From the NCBI GenBank assembly GCA_964004625.1, contig CAXFOB010000042.1, positions 8,791-72,790 of the forward strand: a stretch of 64,000 nt of DNA. Reading direction: 5' to 3'. The notes below the pieces were generated by a model. The model was not told the DNA's origin, did no database searches, and saw only the letters and a program-made list of their open reading frames with translations. This DNA comes from an uncultured Flavobacteriales bacterium. Its GTDB lineage: Bacteria; Bacteroidota; Bacteroidia; Flavobacteriales; BACL11. Of this stretch, positions 31,342-40,983 are shown piece after piece (positions within the stretch are counted from its first letter, which is position 1; each line of letters begins with the position of its first letter). The translations under genes and the position numbers were made by a program.

Positions 31342-32567
31342 TGAAAAAAATAATCTTAAGCTTACTTATAAGCTCAATCTGTTTTGTTAGTTTTTCACAA
31401 TCTAAAAATGTACAGAATGCATATAATGCATTCAGACAAGAAAAAGACAATGTTAAAACTAATATTTCTGAAGCTAAACATTTTATCGACTTAGCACATC
31501 AACATGAGTCTACTTCTAATGATCCAAAAATGTGGAATTATAGAGCTCAAATATATCTTGAGATAATTACAAATCATTCTGAATTAGATGAAAACGCAGT
31601 CTTTGAAGCTACTGAAGCACACATAAGGTGTCTAGACAGAGACAAAAAGGGGAGGATAGTGGTAAGAAAATGGACTAGAGAAGAAGATGTCTTGAATGGA
31701 CTAGTGCAATGTGGATACAATCTGTTTAATAGTGGTGCTGATGATTATAATAATCAAAAGTTTAAAAATGCTATAAATAAGTACAATGAAATTTTTAGAA
31801 TCATACCTCTAGACAAAGACAACTTATTAAAAAGAGGAAATATTGTACCTGATGCAATTTACAAAAATCTATATTTAGCCTCTCTTCAATTAGAAGATGT
31901 AGAGTCTCAAATTGAATATTTACAAAATTCAATTGATTTAAATACGAACGACCCAATGGTATATTATTACATGAGTTCTGTTTATTCAAAGAAAGAAGAG
32001 CTTCAGAATGCATTAAATTATATACAGAAAGGATTGGCACAATTTCCTTCAGAAATAGTGTTAATAAACTCTGAAATTGATTTATTAATGAAAATGGGAT
32101 CTTCTACAGAAGATATAATTTCAAAACTATCAGACGCAATAGATCTTGATAATTCAAACGAAATACTATATATTATCAGAAGTCAGATGCTTGCTAAAAC
32201 AGGAAATACAACAGATGCCGAAAGAGATCTTTTGGAGGCTTTGGAGATAAATTCTGAATCCGCATCCGCTAATAATAATTTAGCTAGCTTGTATTTGTCT
32301 ATGACGGAACCATTAGTAAAAGAATTAAACGACACTCATTATAGTAAATCTTCTAAGATATCGTCTTTAGAAGGAAAAATAGAAGAATTACACAAGAAAG
32401 CATTACCATTTTTAATTAAATACACCAATATTAAATCTAAAGAGGTAGAAGCAGGAACTGGAAATTATGATAAATCAGCTTTAAATACTTTAGCAACAAT
32501 TTATTATGGATTAGGTATGGATAAAGAATCTACTGATGTAAGAACATTATTAAATTCATTAAAATAA
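31341..32567 (+). CDS. Secreted TPR-like repeat protein
   Basis: 408 aa with a signal peptide and helical repeat composition. The function is unknown. Confidence 0.5.
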   Translation: MKKIILSLLISSICFVSFSQSKNVQNAYNAFRQEKDNVKTNISEAKHFIDLAHQHESTSNDPKMWNYRAQIYLEIITNHSELDENAVFEATEAHIRCLDRDKKGRIVVRKWTREEDVLNGLVQCGYNLFNSGADDYNNQKFKNAINKYNEIFRIIPLDKDNLLKRGNIVPDAIYKNLYLASLQLEDVESQIEYLQNSIDLNTNDPMVYYYMSSVYSKKEELQNALNYIQKGLAQFPSEIVLINSEIDLLMKMGSSTEDIISKLSDAIDLDNSNEILYIIRSQMLAKTGNTTDAERDLLEALEINSESASANNNLASLYLSMTEPLVKELNDTHYSKSSKISSLEGKIEELHKKALPFLIKYTNIKSKEVEAGTGNYDKSALNTLATIYYGLGMDKESTDVRTLLNSLK

Positions 32568-32591
32568 TTACTAACAAAATATAACTATAAA

Positions 32592-35111
32592 ATGAAGAAA
32601 ATATATATTTCATTAATATTTATTTTTATATCGAATTTTTCTTTAGTATCACAAAACTCGTTTAATTTAGATAACCTATTTATCAAAAAGAATCAAAAAA
32701 AAGAAAAAACAAAGAATGATAAAATAGAAGAAAAGACAAAGAAATGTATAAAACATAATGGACTATTTAATTTTTATCAGGAGAAGGAAAACGGGAATTC
32801 ATATATAGAGATTGACACCTCACATATTGGGAAGGAATTTATTCATTTTTGTTATATAGAAAATGGCGTATCTGACGCTTATGCAATGAAGGGTAGTTAT
32901 AGAGGGTCTAAGATTATTAAAATAAATAAGTATTATGATAAGATTGAATTTACAATTGAAAATACTAAATTTTATTTTGAACCGGAAAATCCTTTAGAAA
33001 GAGCATCAAAAACTAACATTAACACACCAATAGTTGTTTCTGAAAAAATAATAGCTAAAAACAATGAAAATACCAGTTTCTTAATAAATGCCGATAATAT
33101 TTTCTTGAATGAATCTTTACAACAAATTAAATACACATTTAATAAGAGTGGAGGGTTTAAACTAGGAAATTTAAGTAAAAAAACAAGATATGATAAAATT
33201 AGAAACTATCCTGAAAACACAGATATAGTTGTTAATTATTACTATGAAAATAAAAATCCAACTAACAGAGGAAGCGAAGCTGTTACTGATCCTAGAAATG
33301 TATCAATTAAAGTCCAACATAGTTTAATTCAAATGCCTGATGACAAATATGTTCCAAGAAAGGATGATACAAGAGTTGGATATTTTACTACAAAAACAAA
33401 TAATATGACTTCTCTTTATAGACTAAACTATAGAGATTTTATTAATAGATGGAGACTTGAGAAAAAAAATCCTGAACTTGATAAGTCTGAACCTGTGAAA
33501 CCAATTGTATGGTGGATAGAAAACACAACACCATATGAACTTAGAGATGTCATAAAAAAAGGAGTTGAACAATGGAATTTAGCATTTGAAGATGCTGGAT
33601 TTATCAATGCTGTTCAAGTTAAAATACAACCTGATACGGCTGAGTGGGATGCTGGAGACATAAGATATAATGTACTTAGATGGTCATCATCACCAAATCC
33701 TCCATTTAGTGGTTATGGACCATCTTTTGTGAATCCTAGAACAGGAGAAATATTAGGGGCAGATATTATGTTAGAATGGACATATATTACTAATCGAATT
33801 TTCCAAGATAATTTATTTCATGAAAATAATAACCTTATTCACCATGATGACCACCAATGTTTTGCTGCACATTATCAATCTTTTGAGAATAATCTAGCAT
33901 TAAATTATTTAGAATCTCTAAATTTATCAGAGGAAATTAAAAATGATTTTTTAAAACAGTCTTTATATAGACTAGTTCTACATGAAGTAGGACACACTTT
34001 AGGTCTAAACCATAATTTTAAAGGGAGTACATTACTATCAACCAAGGAACTAAATAATAAAAATATTGTAAATAAGAAAGGTATTTGTAATTCTGTAATG
34101 GAATATCCCGCAATAAATATTGCTGAAAAGATTGAGAATCAAGGCCTTTATTTTGACATTAAACCTGGTTTATATGATATTTGGGCTATTCAATATGGAT
34201 ATACTGATTATTTAGATTCATTAAGCGAAAAAATAGGACTAAATAATATACTATCTAGATCAACAGAAAAAGAATTAGCGTTTGCAAATGATGCTTTTGA
34301 TATGCGAAGGCCAGGTAAAGGCACAGACCCAGACGCGATGATTTATGATTTATCTAGTGATCAATTAAACTTCTCAATACAGAGAATTAAACTAGTAGAA
34401 AGATTACTTAAAAATTTGAAAGAAAATTACAATTCTAAAAATGACACATATGATGATTTATTTAGATCTTACCGAACTTTAGTATACTCTTATTTTCAAT
34501 CATTAGAAGTAGTTTCTAGACAAGTAGGAGGCGTTAAAGTAGATTTATCACATATATCCCAAAACTCTACAAAAAAACCTTTCGAAAGTGTCAACAAAGA
34601 AACACAGAAACAAGCGATGGAGATTATTTCTGAATATGGATTTAGTAACAATGCTTTAATAGGAAACGATATCATTCCTTATTTACAGCGACAAAGAAGA
34701 GGATTTACAATATCAGAAGACCCGCAAGTCCATGAAAGAATTTTAAGATATCAATCTAGAATTCTTGATCAATTACTACATCCAAATGTTTTAATTAGAA
34801 TGACCAACTCTACATTATATGGTAATGAATATGATATAACAGAGTTTATGATTGATTTAAGAAAATCAATATTTGATCAGGATTTTAACAAAAGTGTTAG
34901 TAGTATTAGACAGTACCTACAAATAAGTTACATAAATAGATTAATAAAGATTATTGATAATAAATCTAAATATGATTTAATCTCTAAATCCAAAGCACAT
35001 TATAATTTAGTTTGGTTAAAAAACAATCTTAACACGGATGTAGGGAATCTGTCAACAAAGCAACATAGAAATTATTTAATATATTTAATTGAATCAGCTA
35101 TAGAAATTTAG
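32592..35111 (+). CDS. Secreted zinc-dependent metalloprotease (large Bacteroidota family)
   Basis: 839 aa with a signal peptide and the zincin motif HEVGHTLGLNHNF. Confidence 0.7.
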   Translation: MKKIYISLIFIFISNFSLVSQNSFNLDNLFIKKNQKKEKTKNDKIEEKTKKCIKHNGLFNFYQEKENGNSYIEIDTSHIGKEFIHFCYIENGVSDAYAMKGSYRGSKIIKINKYYDKIEFTIENTKFYFEPENPLERASKTNINTPIVVSEKIIAKNNENTSFLINADNIFLNESLQQIKYTFNKSGGFKLGNLSKKTRYDKIRNYPENTDIVVNYYYENKNPTNRGSEAVTDPRNVSIKVQHSLIQMPDDKYVPRKDDTRVGYFTTKTNNMTSLYRLNYRDFINRWRLEKKNPELDKSEPVKPIVWWIENTTPYELRDVIKKGVEQWNLAFEDAGFINAVQVKIQPDTAEWDAGDIRYNVLRWSSSPNPPFSGYGPSFVNPRTGEILGADIMLEWTYITNRIFQDNLFHENNNLIHHDDHQCFAAHYQSFENNLALNYLESLNLSEEIKNDFLKQSLYRLVLHEVGHTLGLNHNFKGSTLLSTKELNNKNIVNKKGICNSVMEYPAINIAEKIENQGLYFDIKPGLYDIWAIQYGYTDYLDSLSEKIGLNNILSRSTEKELAFANDAFDMRRPGKGTDPDAMIYDLSSDQLNFSIQRIKLVERLLKNLKENYNSKNDTYDDLFRSYRTLVYSYFQSLEVVSRQVGGVKVDLSHISQNSTKKPFESVNKETQKQAMEIISEYGFSNNALIGNDIIPYLQRQRRGFTISEDPQVHERILRYQSRILDQLLHPNVLIRMTNSTLYGNEYDITEFMIDLRKSIFDQDFNKSVSSIRQYLQISYINRLIKIIDNKSKYDLISKSKAHYNLVWLKNNLNTDVGNLSTKQHRNYLIYLIESAIEI

Positions 35112-35226
35112 AGTAGGTATAATAGTCTATTTTTTGATATAATTTTAACATTCTATTTAACATAATATTAATTATATTCCGATAAGGGTGTTCAAATTTA
35201 ACTAATATTTTAAAGAAATGTAGCAT

Positions 35227-35254
35227 AAAAAAAGCCCTAACATATGTTAAGGCT
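35227..35254 (-). terminator. Rho-independent terminator of the 65-aa gene
   Basis: Hairpin AGCCCTAAC-ATAT-GTTAAGGCT (35233..35254), which forms one G-U pair on the minus strand. On the minus-strand transcript a T-run follows it (the plus-strand A-run at 35227..35233). Confidence 0.55.
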
Positions 35255-35282
35255 TCTTCTTATAATCGGTTAATTAACAGAC

Positions 35283-35480
35283 CTATTTGTTTTTTAACAT
35301 TGGCAAACCTGTCTTTGCATTCTCAATTACTTGTTTACCTGCTGGTAAATCACATCCAGTAGATCTTGAATCCTTTGAGAAATAATAAATAGTTTGTACT
35401 CTACCAGTTGATTTTAATGTAACATCTTTTGAGTTTAGGTGATAAGTGTTACCTTTTGAATTTGTGTGCTCGTAAGCCAT
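35283..35480 (-). CDS. Small conserved-looking hypothetical protein (65 aa)
   Basis: MAYEHTNSKGNTYHLNSKDVTLKSTGRVQTIYYFSKDSRSTGCDLPAGKQVIENAKTGLPMLKNK. The composition is non-repetitive and basic. It has its own terminator and stands alone in a long AT-rich spacer. Confidence 0.5.
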   Translation of the reverse strand: MAYEHTNSKGNTYHLNSKDVTLKSTGRVQTIYYFSKDSRSTGCDLPAGKQVIENAKTGLPMLKNK

Positions 35481-35955
35481 AGTAATAATTTTTTTGGTTA
35501 ATAATTTTTTTTACGGTATAAATATAGTTAAATAATTCTATTAGACAAATTTCTTATCTAGTATTTTAATTTTAAATGTTAATAAGTACATCAAAATGTA
35601 AAAATAATTAATCCTATAAATTTACTATTAAAATAAAATCTAGATATACATAAAATTAAAAAAACTATGCATAAAACAAACTTAATAAATTGATAATCAA
35701 GTGTTTAAATTTTTTAATTGAGAAAACAAAAGATTAAAAATAAGGACGTCTCCTACTAGATTAAAAAATATTTTTACTAGGTGAGAGGAAGTTGATAACT
35801 TTTAAGGTTTTACCACTAAAATCATGAAATTTATAGATATTTATCATCTTTTTAGATAGTTTCTACTAGGTAATATAGTGAATTTAAGAAAATTAGTTTT
35901 GCTTTTTTATGAAAAAATAGACAATTTATAACGATTATTTTAGTTTATAAATTTA

Positions 35956-35963
35956 TACTTTTG
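35956..35963 (+). promoter_or_regulatory. -7 promoter box TACTTTTG upstream of the DUF4019-like gene
   Basis: Exact TAnnTTTG match, 18 nt before the ATG at 35982. It overlaps the TTG start proposed by the ORF track, which argues for the ATG. Confidence 0.4.
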
Positions 35964-35981
35964 AAAAGCGAAAAAAAAGAA

Positions 35982-36461
35982 ATGAAAAGAATAGCACTAA
36001 TAATTTTCTTAATAATAGGAATAATATTTAACTCATATTCTCAGATAAATAAAGACAACCAACTAAAGCAAGCAAGTTCAACAGCAGTAATATGGTTTAA
36101 TAATGTAAATTCTGGATTATATTTAGAATCATGGGAAGATCTTTCTTTAGAGTTAAAAAGAAAATTTAACTCTAATGACTGGGTATTAGGAATAGGTGAA
36201 ATCATGACAAGTTTTGGTGAGTTTAATGAAAGAATCGAAATATTTAGGAATTTCACTAGTAATCCTTCTGAAATTGATCCAATGCTAGCTTCTTTTCCTG
36301 ATGGATATTATGCTGAGTTTCAATATGAAAGTAACTATAAGCATACTTTAAACCATTCCGAAAGGTTAATCCTACAACAAGATCATAAAAGAAAATGGAA
36401 AATTCTAGAATATAGTTACGAATTTGTTGAAGGAGAAGGATATTCTGAAGAAAAGAAATAA
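35982..36461 (+). CDS. Secreted DUF4019-like protein
   Basis: I start it at MKRIALIIFLIIGIIFNSYSQ, which is a signal peptide. The body (AVIWFNNVNSGLYLESWEDLSLELKRKFNSNDW) resembles DUF4019 as I recall it. Confidence 0.45.
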   Translation: MKRIALIIFLIIGIIFNSYSQINKDNQLKQASSTAVIWFNNVNSGLYLESWEDLSLELKRKFNSNDWVLGIGEIMTSFGEFNERIEIFRNFTSNPSEIDPMLASFPDGYYAEFQYESNYKHTLNHSERLILQQDHKRKWKILEYSYEFVEGEGYSEEKK

Positions 36462-36475
36462 ATAATTTCAATCTT

Positions 36476-39400
36476 CTATCTAAGAAGAATAATATTTCCT
36501 ACTAAATATTGTCGCTTATAGTTATTTGGAAGGGAATAAGAAGCTATAAATACGTATGTTCCTTGAACTGCCTCTTCGCCGTTTTCTAAAATACCATTCC
36601 ACTCTCCCATTCTATAATATTCTTGCAACGGATTATTATTATTACATAAATTATTATCTGTAACATTATCCATAAAAACTATGTCCTCAGATTCATGTAT
36701 CATATCACCACCCCACCTCGTATAGACTTTAAGATTAAAATCTATAAAATCACCTAAACCACTCAAATAAAATTTATCGTTACAATTATCTCCATTAGGA
36801 CTAAAAGAGTTTGGAGCAAATAATTTATTATCTGAAATAATGCATACGGATGAAGAAAAAGTATCTGAACACATTCCATTGTTTACCAACACTAGATTTA
36901 CATTAAAATTACCTGTATCTATATAGACATGTGTAGGATTTTCATCAGGTTTAAATGATACTACAGTACCATCTCCAAAATCCCAATAACTATTAGATGA
37001 AAGTTCAGATTCGGTATAAATAGAAGCATTTAAGAATTGGAGTTCTCCATTTAATACAGACACGCAAGAAGTAGTATTTGTAAAAAAGGAAGCAAATAGA
37101 TTCTCATAACCAGGTATGGTGATAGTGTCCGATACAATACATCCTGTATTATTATCTTGTACATCTACTCTATAATCTCTACTAACAGACGCATTTATAC
37201 TGTCTGAATACTGAATAGGATTAGTATTCCATTCATAAGAATAATTTCCTGTTGGAGAGGCAGAAACTACAGCATGTCCAATCTCACCATAACACTGTTT
37301 CTCTGATGTACTAAAGGCTAAATCAAAGGTAGGTAATACAACTATATCAATTGTATCTAAATTATCATCTGAACATCCATCCGAAGATGTAACAATATAG
37401 CTAGTACTTACACTTGGAGAAACTAATTGATTAAAACTAGTAGTTGTATTATTATTCCAACTAAATGAATAGTTAGATGATCCCCCACTAACTGTTACAC
37501 CAATAGAACTTAATTCACCTAAACAAATAGTATCATTTGTAACATAAGTTTCACTAACGAATTTGTTATCTACAAATACAACAGTATCAATAGATTGAGA
37601 ACAATCACCTAATCCGTACGTATAGGATATATTGTGATATCCAGTACCTGCAATTGATGGATTAAAACTAGTTCCACTTACTCCATTACCACTCAACACC
37701 CCCCCTGTTGGACTGACATTAATATTTATCATAGTATCCTTAAAACAATAATAATTCTCAAACCCACTAAAACTTAAAACTGGATCGTTATAAATTGTAA
37801 TGGTGAAAGTATCTACACACCCACTAGTATTCATGTATCCGACCAAATGATTCCCTACTGAAAGAGAAGAGGGAGAAAACAAACCTGTACTATTATTCAC
37901 AATACCACTACCTCCCCATACTCCTCCACTAGGATTTACATCCAAAAATACATCAGGAGAAGAAGAACAAATAAGCGTGTCTATTAAAAAAGAAGGAGGT
38001 AATACCTTAATTATAAAATTATCAATACATGAGTTTGCTGTATAACTAATCAAATGATTTCCTATTCCAGCTACTACTGGGTTAAACTCACCTGGATAAT
38101 TTGGAGAAACAATACCACTCCCAGACCAAAGACCATTCCAAGGTGTTCTAGGGACAAGATTCATATCTAATACTTGAATACCTCCATTAGAGCAAGTAAA
38201 AAGTGTATCATCAAAAATATCTGTCTCGACAACATTATAAATAGCAGTATCTGTACATCCATCAAAGGTATAAGTTACTGTAGTTTGACCCAAACCTAAA
38301 GAGGGGTTAAATGTTCCAAGGGTGGAATTTGTTATATGAGAACCAGACCAAATACCTGCTAATGGACTTCCAAAAATATTAAACACTGACTGTGATGGAC
38401 ACACAATTTGATCAGGCCCTGCATCAATCTCTTTTACATAAATATTTACATAATCCTCACAACCCTCTATTAAATAAGTTAAGTTATGAATTCCATGTGA
38501 AGCTATATTTGTAAAAAAGTCTCCATCCGGACTAACAGGACCAGATAAAATAGATAATTTATCAACCGCAACATCAGACTGCCAATCTCCTGTTTTTACC
38601 CTCAGTCTAACCAAAACCTCAGGAGAGTTGTAATTTGTTAAATCAATTACAGCTTCATTCCATTGATTTCCCAAATCACCATCTTTCCAAAAAACATTCC
38701 AATTCCAAGTTAATCCATTATCTGTAGAAACATCTACCGCAAAAGTGCCTTGACCAGCTCCATACTTATGATACCAAAAATAAAGGGCAGGATTATTATA
38801 TTCAGATAAATTAATACAAGGACTTATAATAGAAGAGGTTTTATCCGGATAATTAGAACCTGAAGCCTCAGTATAAATATAACTTAATCCTTGAAATGCC
38901 GATTGAGGACCTGTTGATGAAGAAGGAGTACCTCCATTATTTAAAAACCAATCAAAATCATTATTTGGATCTGGTGTCCACCCTGCAAATCCACCCTCCC
39001 ACCCCTCTTGATGAGGAAAAATAGAAATTGGATTAGGACAAACACTTGGTTGTTGAGGATTATCTTGAGGCACTGTCCAAACTCCATTCGTAGGAGAAAA
39101 AGTAAGAGAATAATTACCTGAGTTTTGACATACCGTATCATCAGCCTGTACACTTACTCCATCCACATTTATAAGTAAAGTATCTGAACATCCATTTGGT
39201 AAGGTATAAATTGCAGGAATAATTGTAGTTGCACTACCAACATTAATATTTCCATTTGATTGAATCCCATTTCCACTCCAAATACCTCCAGGGGTGGTTA
39301 AAGATGTGTTAAGATTAAAAATTGGTGAATTAGGGCATGCCGATATATCTTCTCCTGCATACACCTCTAAAATTGTTACATCTACATTATCTACACATCC

Positions 39401-40552
39401 AGAAAAACCATAATCTACAGTATAGACACCTGGAATTAAACCACTTGCACTAAACACTCCATTAGAACTACTAACAATACCTGTTCCAGACCAATTACCC
39501 CCTAGAGGATTGGCAGATAAAACAACAGATCCCTCGTTCTGACAGATAGAGATATTATTTTGAGTAACTGGAGGAAGAACAACATTAATGGTAATAGTAT
39601 CTGATGTTGTTGAAGAAGTTCCATTATCTGAAACTGTAACTATGTACTGTGTAGTGGTTGTAGGACAAACTGATTGTACTCCTGGGCTATTTATCCAAAC
39701 AGGATTCCAACTATAACTATAAGATGTAGAATCTCCTCCATCAACATTTACATATAAATCTACACAATCTCCCAAACATATTGTTGTACTATTTGCTGTT
39801 AAATTAACTTGTAAAGGGCAATCATCTACAAAAAGTTGATAACTAGAAGAAAGATTCCACATGTTTTCACAATCATCAGAAAAGAAGCTTTCAAAATATA
39901 TGTTGTACAGTCCACTTTCATTTAATCCTGGAAACAAATTCAATTGTATTGTATTGGTGGAATCGTTAGTGCAATTTACAGGAAAAGCAACTACATTCTG
40001 ATTGATTTGTCCAACAACATTTAAAATAGCTGTAGAAACAGAATCACAATGAATGAGACGATCCAATTCTATATTTAAAACAGTAGTACTACAAGTTGGA
40101 GTGATCGGCAAACTAATAACTGGTGGAGATGGAATAGACACATCTGTTTCCCAGGATAATTCAAACCCTTCTTCAGCAATATTTTGGTCCGAAACAAATC
40201 CTATGGTAATACATCCTGAGGAAACAATCTGAGGAGGAAGATTGGTACCAGAATATAATCCAATTACCGGAAAAGTATTATCCGGACCATCATATATAGT
40301 AACATAATCATTAATAGGTTCGGTAGAAAAAACACTAAAAGTAATGGTAATTTGTAGAGCATTTGGAGGACAAATAGTAAAATGAAAATTTTCATCATGT
40401 GAGTACCAAGTAGGATTTAATGCATTTGACTCACTATCTTTTAAAACACCTTCACATTCATAAACAATTAAGTCTTGCATATTGTACTGCACTTGAGCAA
40501 CAATAATATTACTCAATGACATGTAAAAAATTACAAACATATACTTTCTCAT
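36476..40552 (-). CDS. Giant T9SS type B cargo / putative adhesin: CUB-like, SprB-like and GGxWSGxGI repeats, MAM-like, PKD-like, gliding-motility C-terminal domain
   Basis: 1358 aa with a signal peptide (IIVAQ). Domain calls by residue:
- aa ~33-134 are CUB-like (CEGVL...DYVTIYDGPDNTFPVIGLYSG...FVSDQNIAEEGFELSW).
- aa ~505-669 are MAM-like (NDFDWFLNNGGTPSSSTGPQSAFQGLSYIYTEASG...LYFWYHKYGAGQGTFAVDVS...DVAVDKLSI).
- aa ~1150-1238 are PKD-like (WDFGDGT...PTHVY).
- aa ~1243-1358 match the TIGR04131-type CTD (APNSFSPNGDNCNDKF...KVYTRWGG...WNG...GTYVF...GNIILLR). Confidence 0.85.
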   Translation of the reverse strand: MRKYMFVIFYMSLSNIIVAQVQYNMQDLIVYECEGVLKDSESNALNPTWYSHDENFHFTICPPNALQITITFSVFSTEPINDYVTIYDGPDNTFPVIGLYSGTNLPPQIVSSGCITIGFVSDQNIAEEGFELSWETDVSIPSPPVISLPITPTCSTTVLNIELDRLIHCDSVSTAILNVVGQINQNVVAFPVNCTNDSTNTIQLNLFPGLNESGLYNIYFESFFSDDCENMWNLSSSYQLFVDDCPLQVNLTANSTTICLGDCVDLYVNVDGGDSTSYSYSWNPVWINSPGVQSVCPTTTTQYIVTVSDNGTSSTTSDTITINVVLPPVTQNNISICQNEGSVVLSANPLGGNWSGTGIVSSSNGVFSASGLIPGVYTVDYGFSGCVDNVDVTILEVYAGEDISACPNSPIFNLNTSLTTPGGIWSGNGIQSNGNINVGSATTIIPAIYTLPNGCSDTLLINVDGVSVQADDTVCQNSGNYSLTFSPTNGVWTVPQDNPQQPSVCPNPISIFPHQEGWEGGFAGWTPDPNNDFDWFLNNGGTPSSSTGPQSAFQGLSYIYTEASGSNYPDKTSSIISPCINLSEYNNPALYFWYHKYGAGQGTFAVDVSTDNGLTWNWNVFWKDGDLGNQWNEAVIDLTNYNSPEVLVRLRVKTGDWQSDVAVDKLSILSGPVSPDGDFFTNIASHGIHNLTYLIEGCEDYVNIYVKEIDAGPDQIVCPSQSVFNIFGSPLAGIWSGSHITNSTLGTFNPSLGLGQTTVTYTFDGCTDTAIYNVVETDIFDDTLFTCSNGGIQVLDMNLVPRTPWNGLWSGSGIVSPNYPGEFNPVVAGIGNHLISYTANSCIDNFIIKVLPPSFLIDTLICSSSPDVFLDVNPSGGVWGGSGIVNNSTGLFSPSSLSVGNHLVGYMNTSGCVDTFTITIYNDPVLSFSGFENYYCFKDTMININVSPTGGVLSGNGVSGTSFNPSIAGTGYHNISYTYGLGDCSQSIDTVVFVDNKFVSETYVTNDTICLGELSSIGVTVSGGSSNYSFSWNNNTTTSFNQLVSPSVSTSYIVTSSDGCSDDNLDTIDIVVLPTFDLAFSTSEKQCYGEIGHAVVSASPTGNYSYEWNTNPIQYSDSINASVSRDYRVDVQDNNTGCIVSDTITIPGYENLFASFFTNTTSCVSVLNGELQFLNASIYTESELSSNSYWDFGDGTVVSFKPDENPTHVYIDTGNFNVNLVLVNNGMCSDTFSSSVCIISDNKLFAPNSFSPNGDNCNDKFYLSGLGDFIDFNLKVYTRWGGDMIHESEDIVFMDNVTDNNLCNNNNPLQEYYRMGEWNGILENGEEAVQGTYVFIASYSLPNNYKRQYLVGNIILLR

Positions 40553-40554
40553 AC

Positions 40555-40983
40555 CTATCTATTTACTGTAATCAATGGAGTAGAAATTTCATTACTCCAA
40601 TTTCCTTCCCTGTCTTGTATTCGTATAGTATAGAATAAAGTTTCCAAATTTCCACTTCCTAATAAAAAAGGAGCATCAATTTTCAGGTTAATACTTCCTT
40701 TTATGAAAAGTTGATTATCTGGAGGATTTAAAGGAATTAAATGATAATAATCTGCAATTTCAAGCCTACTATCTTTTACTTCCATAGATAAATAATCCGG
40801 ATCATAAAAACCTATAAATCCTTCTGAATGTTCGTATTCTATTTCTAAAATAATATTTTCCTGAAATTCAATCAATTCTGTAGGATTAGTAGAAATTAAA
40901 GAAAGATGAAAGACCGAATCATCTTCTTTATTACATGAAAGAAATAAACAAGTATAAATTAATATATACAGTGTATTTCTCAT
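40555..40983 (-). CDS. Small lipoprotein of unknown function (operon member F)
   Basis: 142 aa with a lipobox, LFLSC. I recognise no motif. Its start shares 1 nt with the upstream stop (TAATG), and there is a 2-nt gap to the giant gene. Confidence 0.6.
   Translation of the reverse strand: MRNTLYILIYTCLFLSCNKEDDSVFHLSLISTNPTELIEFQENIILEIEYEHSEGFIGFYDPDYLSMEVKDSRLEIADYYHLIPLNPPDNQLFIKGSINLKIDAPFLLGSGNLETLFYTIRIQDREGNWSNEISTPLITVNR

Noticed and set aside
29115-32040. Minus-strand ORFs of 66-79 aa inside the M16 peptidase and TPR genes
   Set aside because: They are antisense to longer supported CDSs, and two of them overlap each other in different frames.
36041-36471. Two 71-aa minus-strand ORFs opposite the DUF4019-like gene
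   Set aside because: The plus-strand reading has a signal peptide, a -7 box and family-like sequence. The minus-strand ORFs have none of these.
38941-39153. 70-aa same-strand, alternate-frame ORF inside the giant adhesin gene (MAM region)
   Set aside because: It is out of frame within a continuous 1358-aa ORF whose translation shows clear domain signatures. There is no evidence of a frameshift site.
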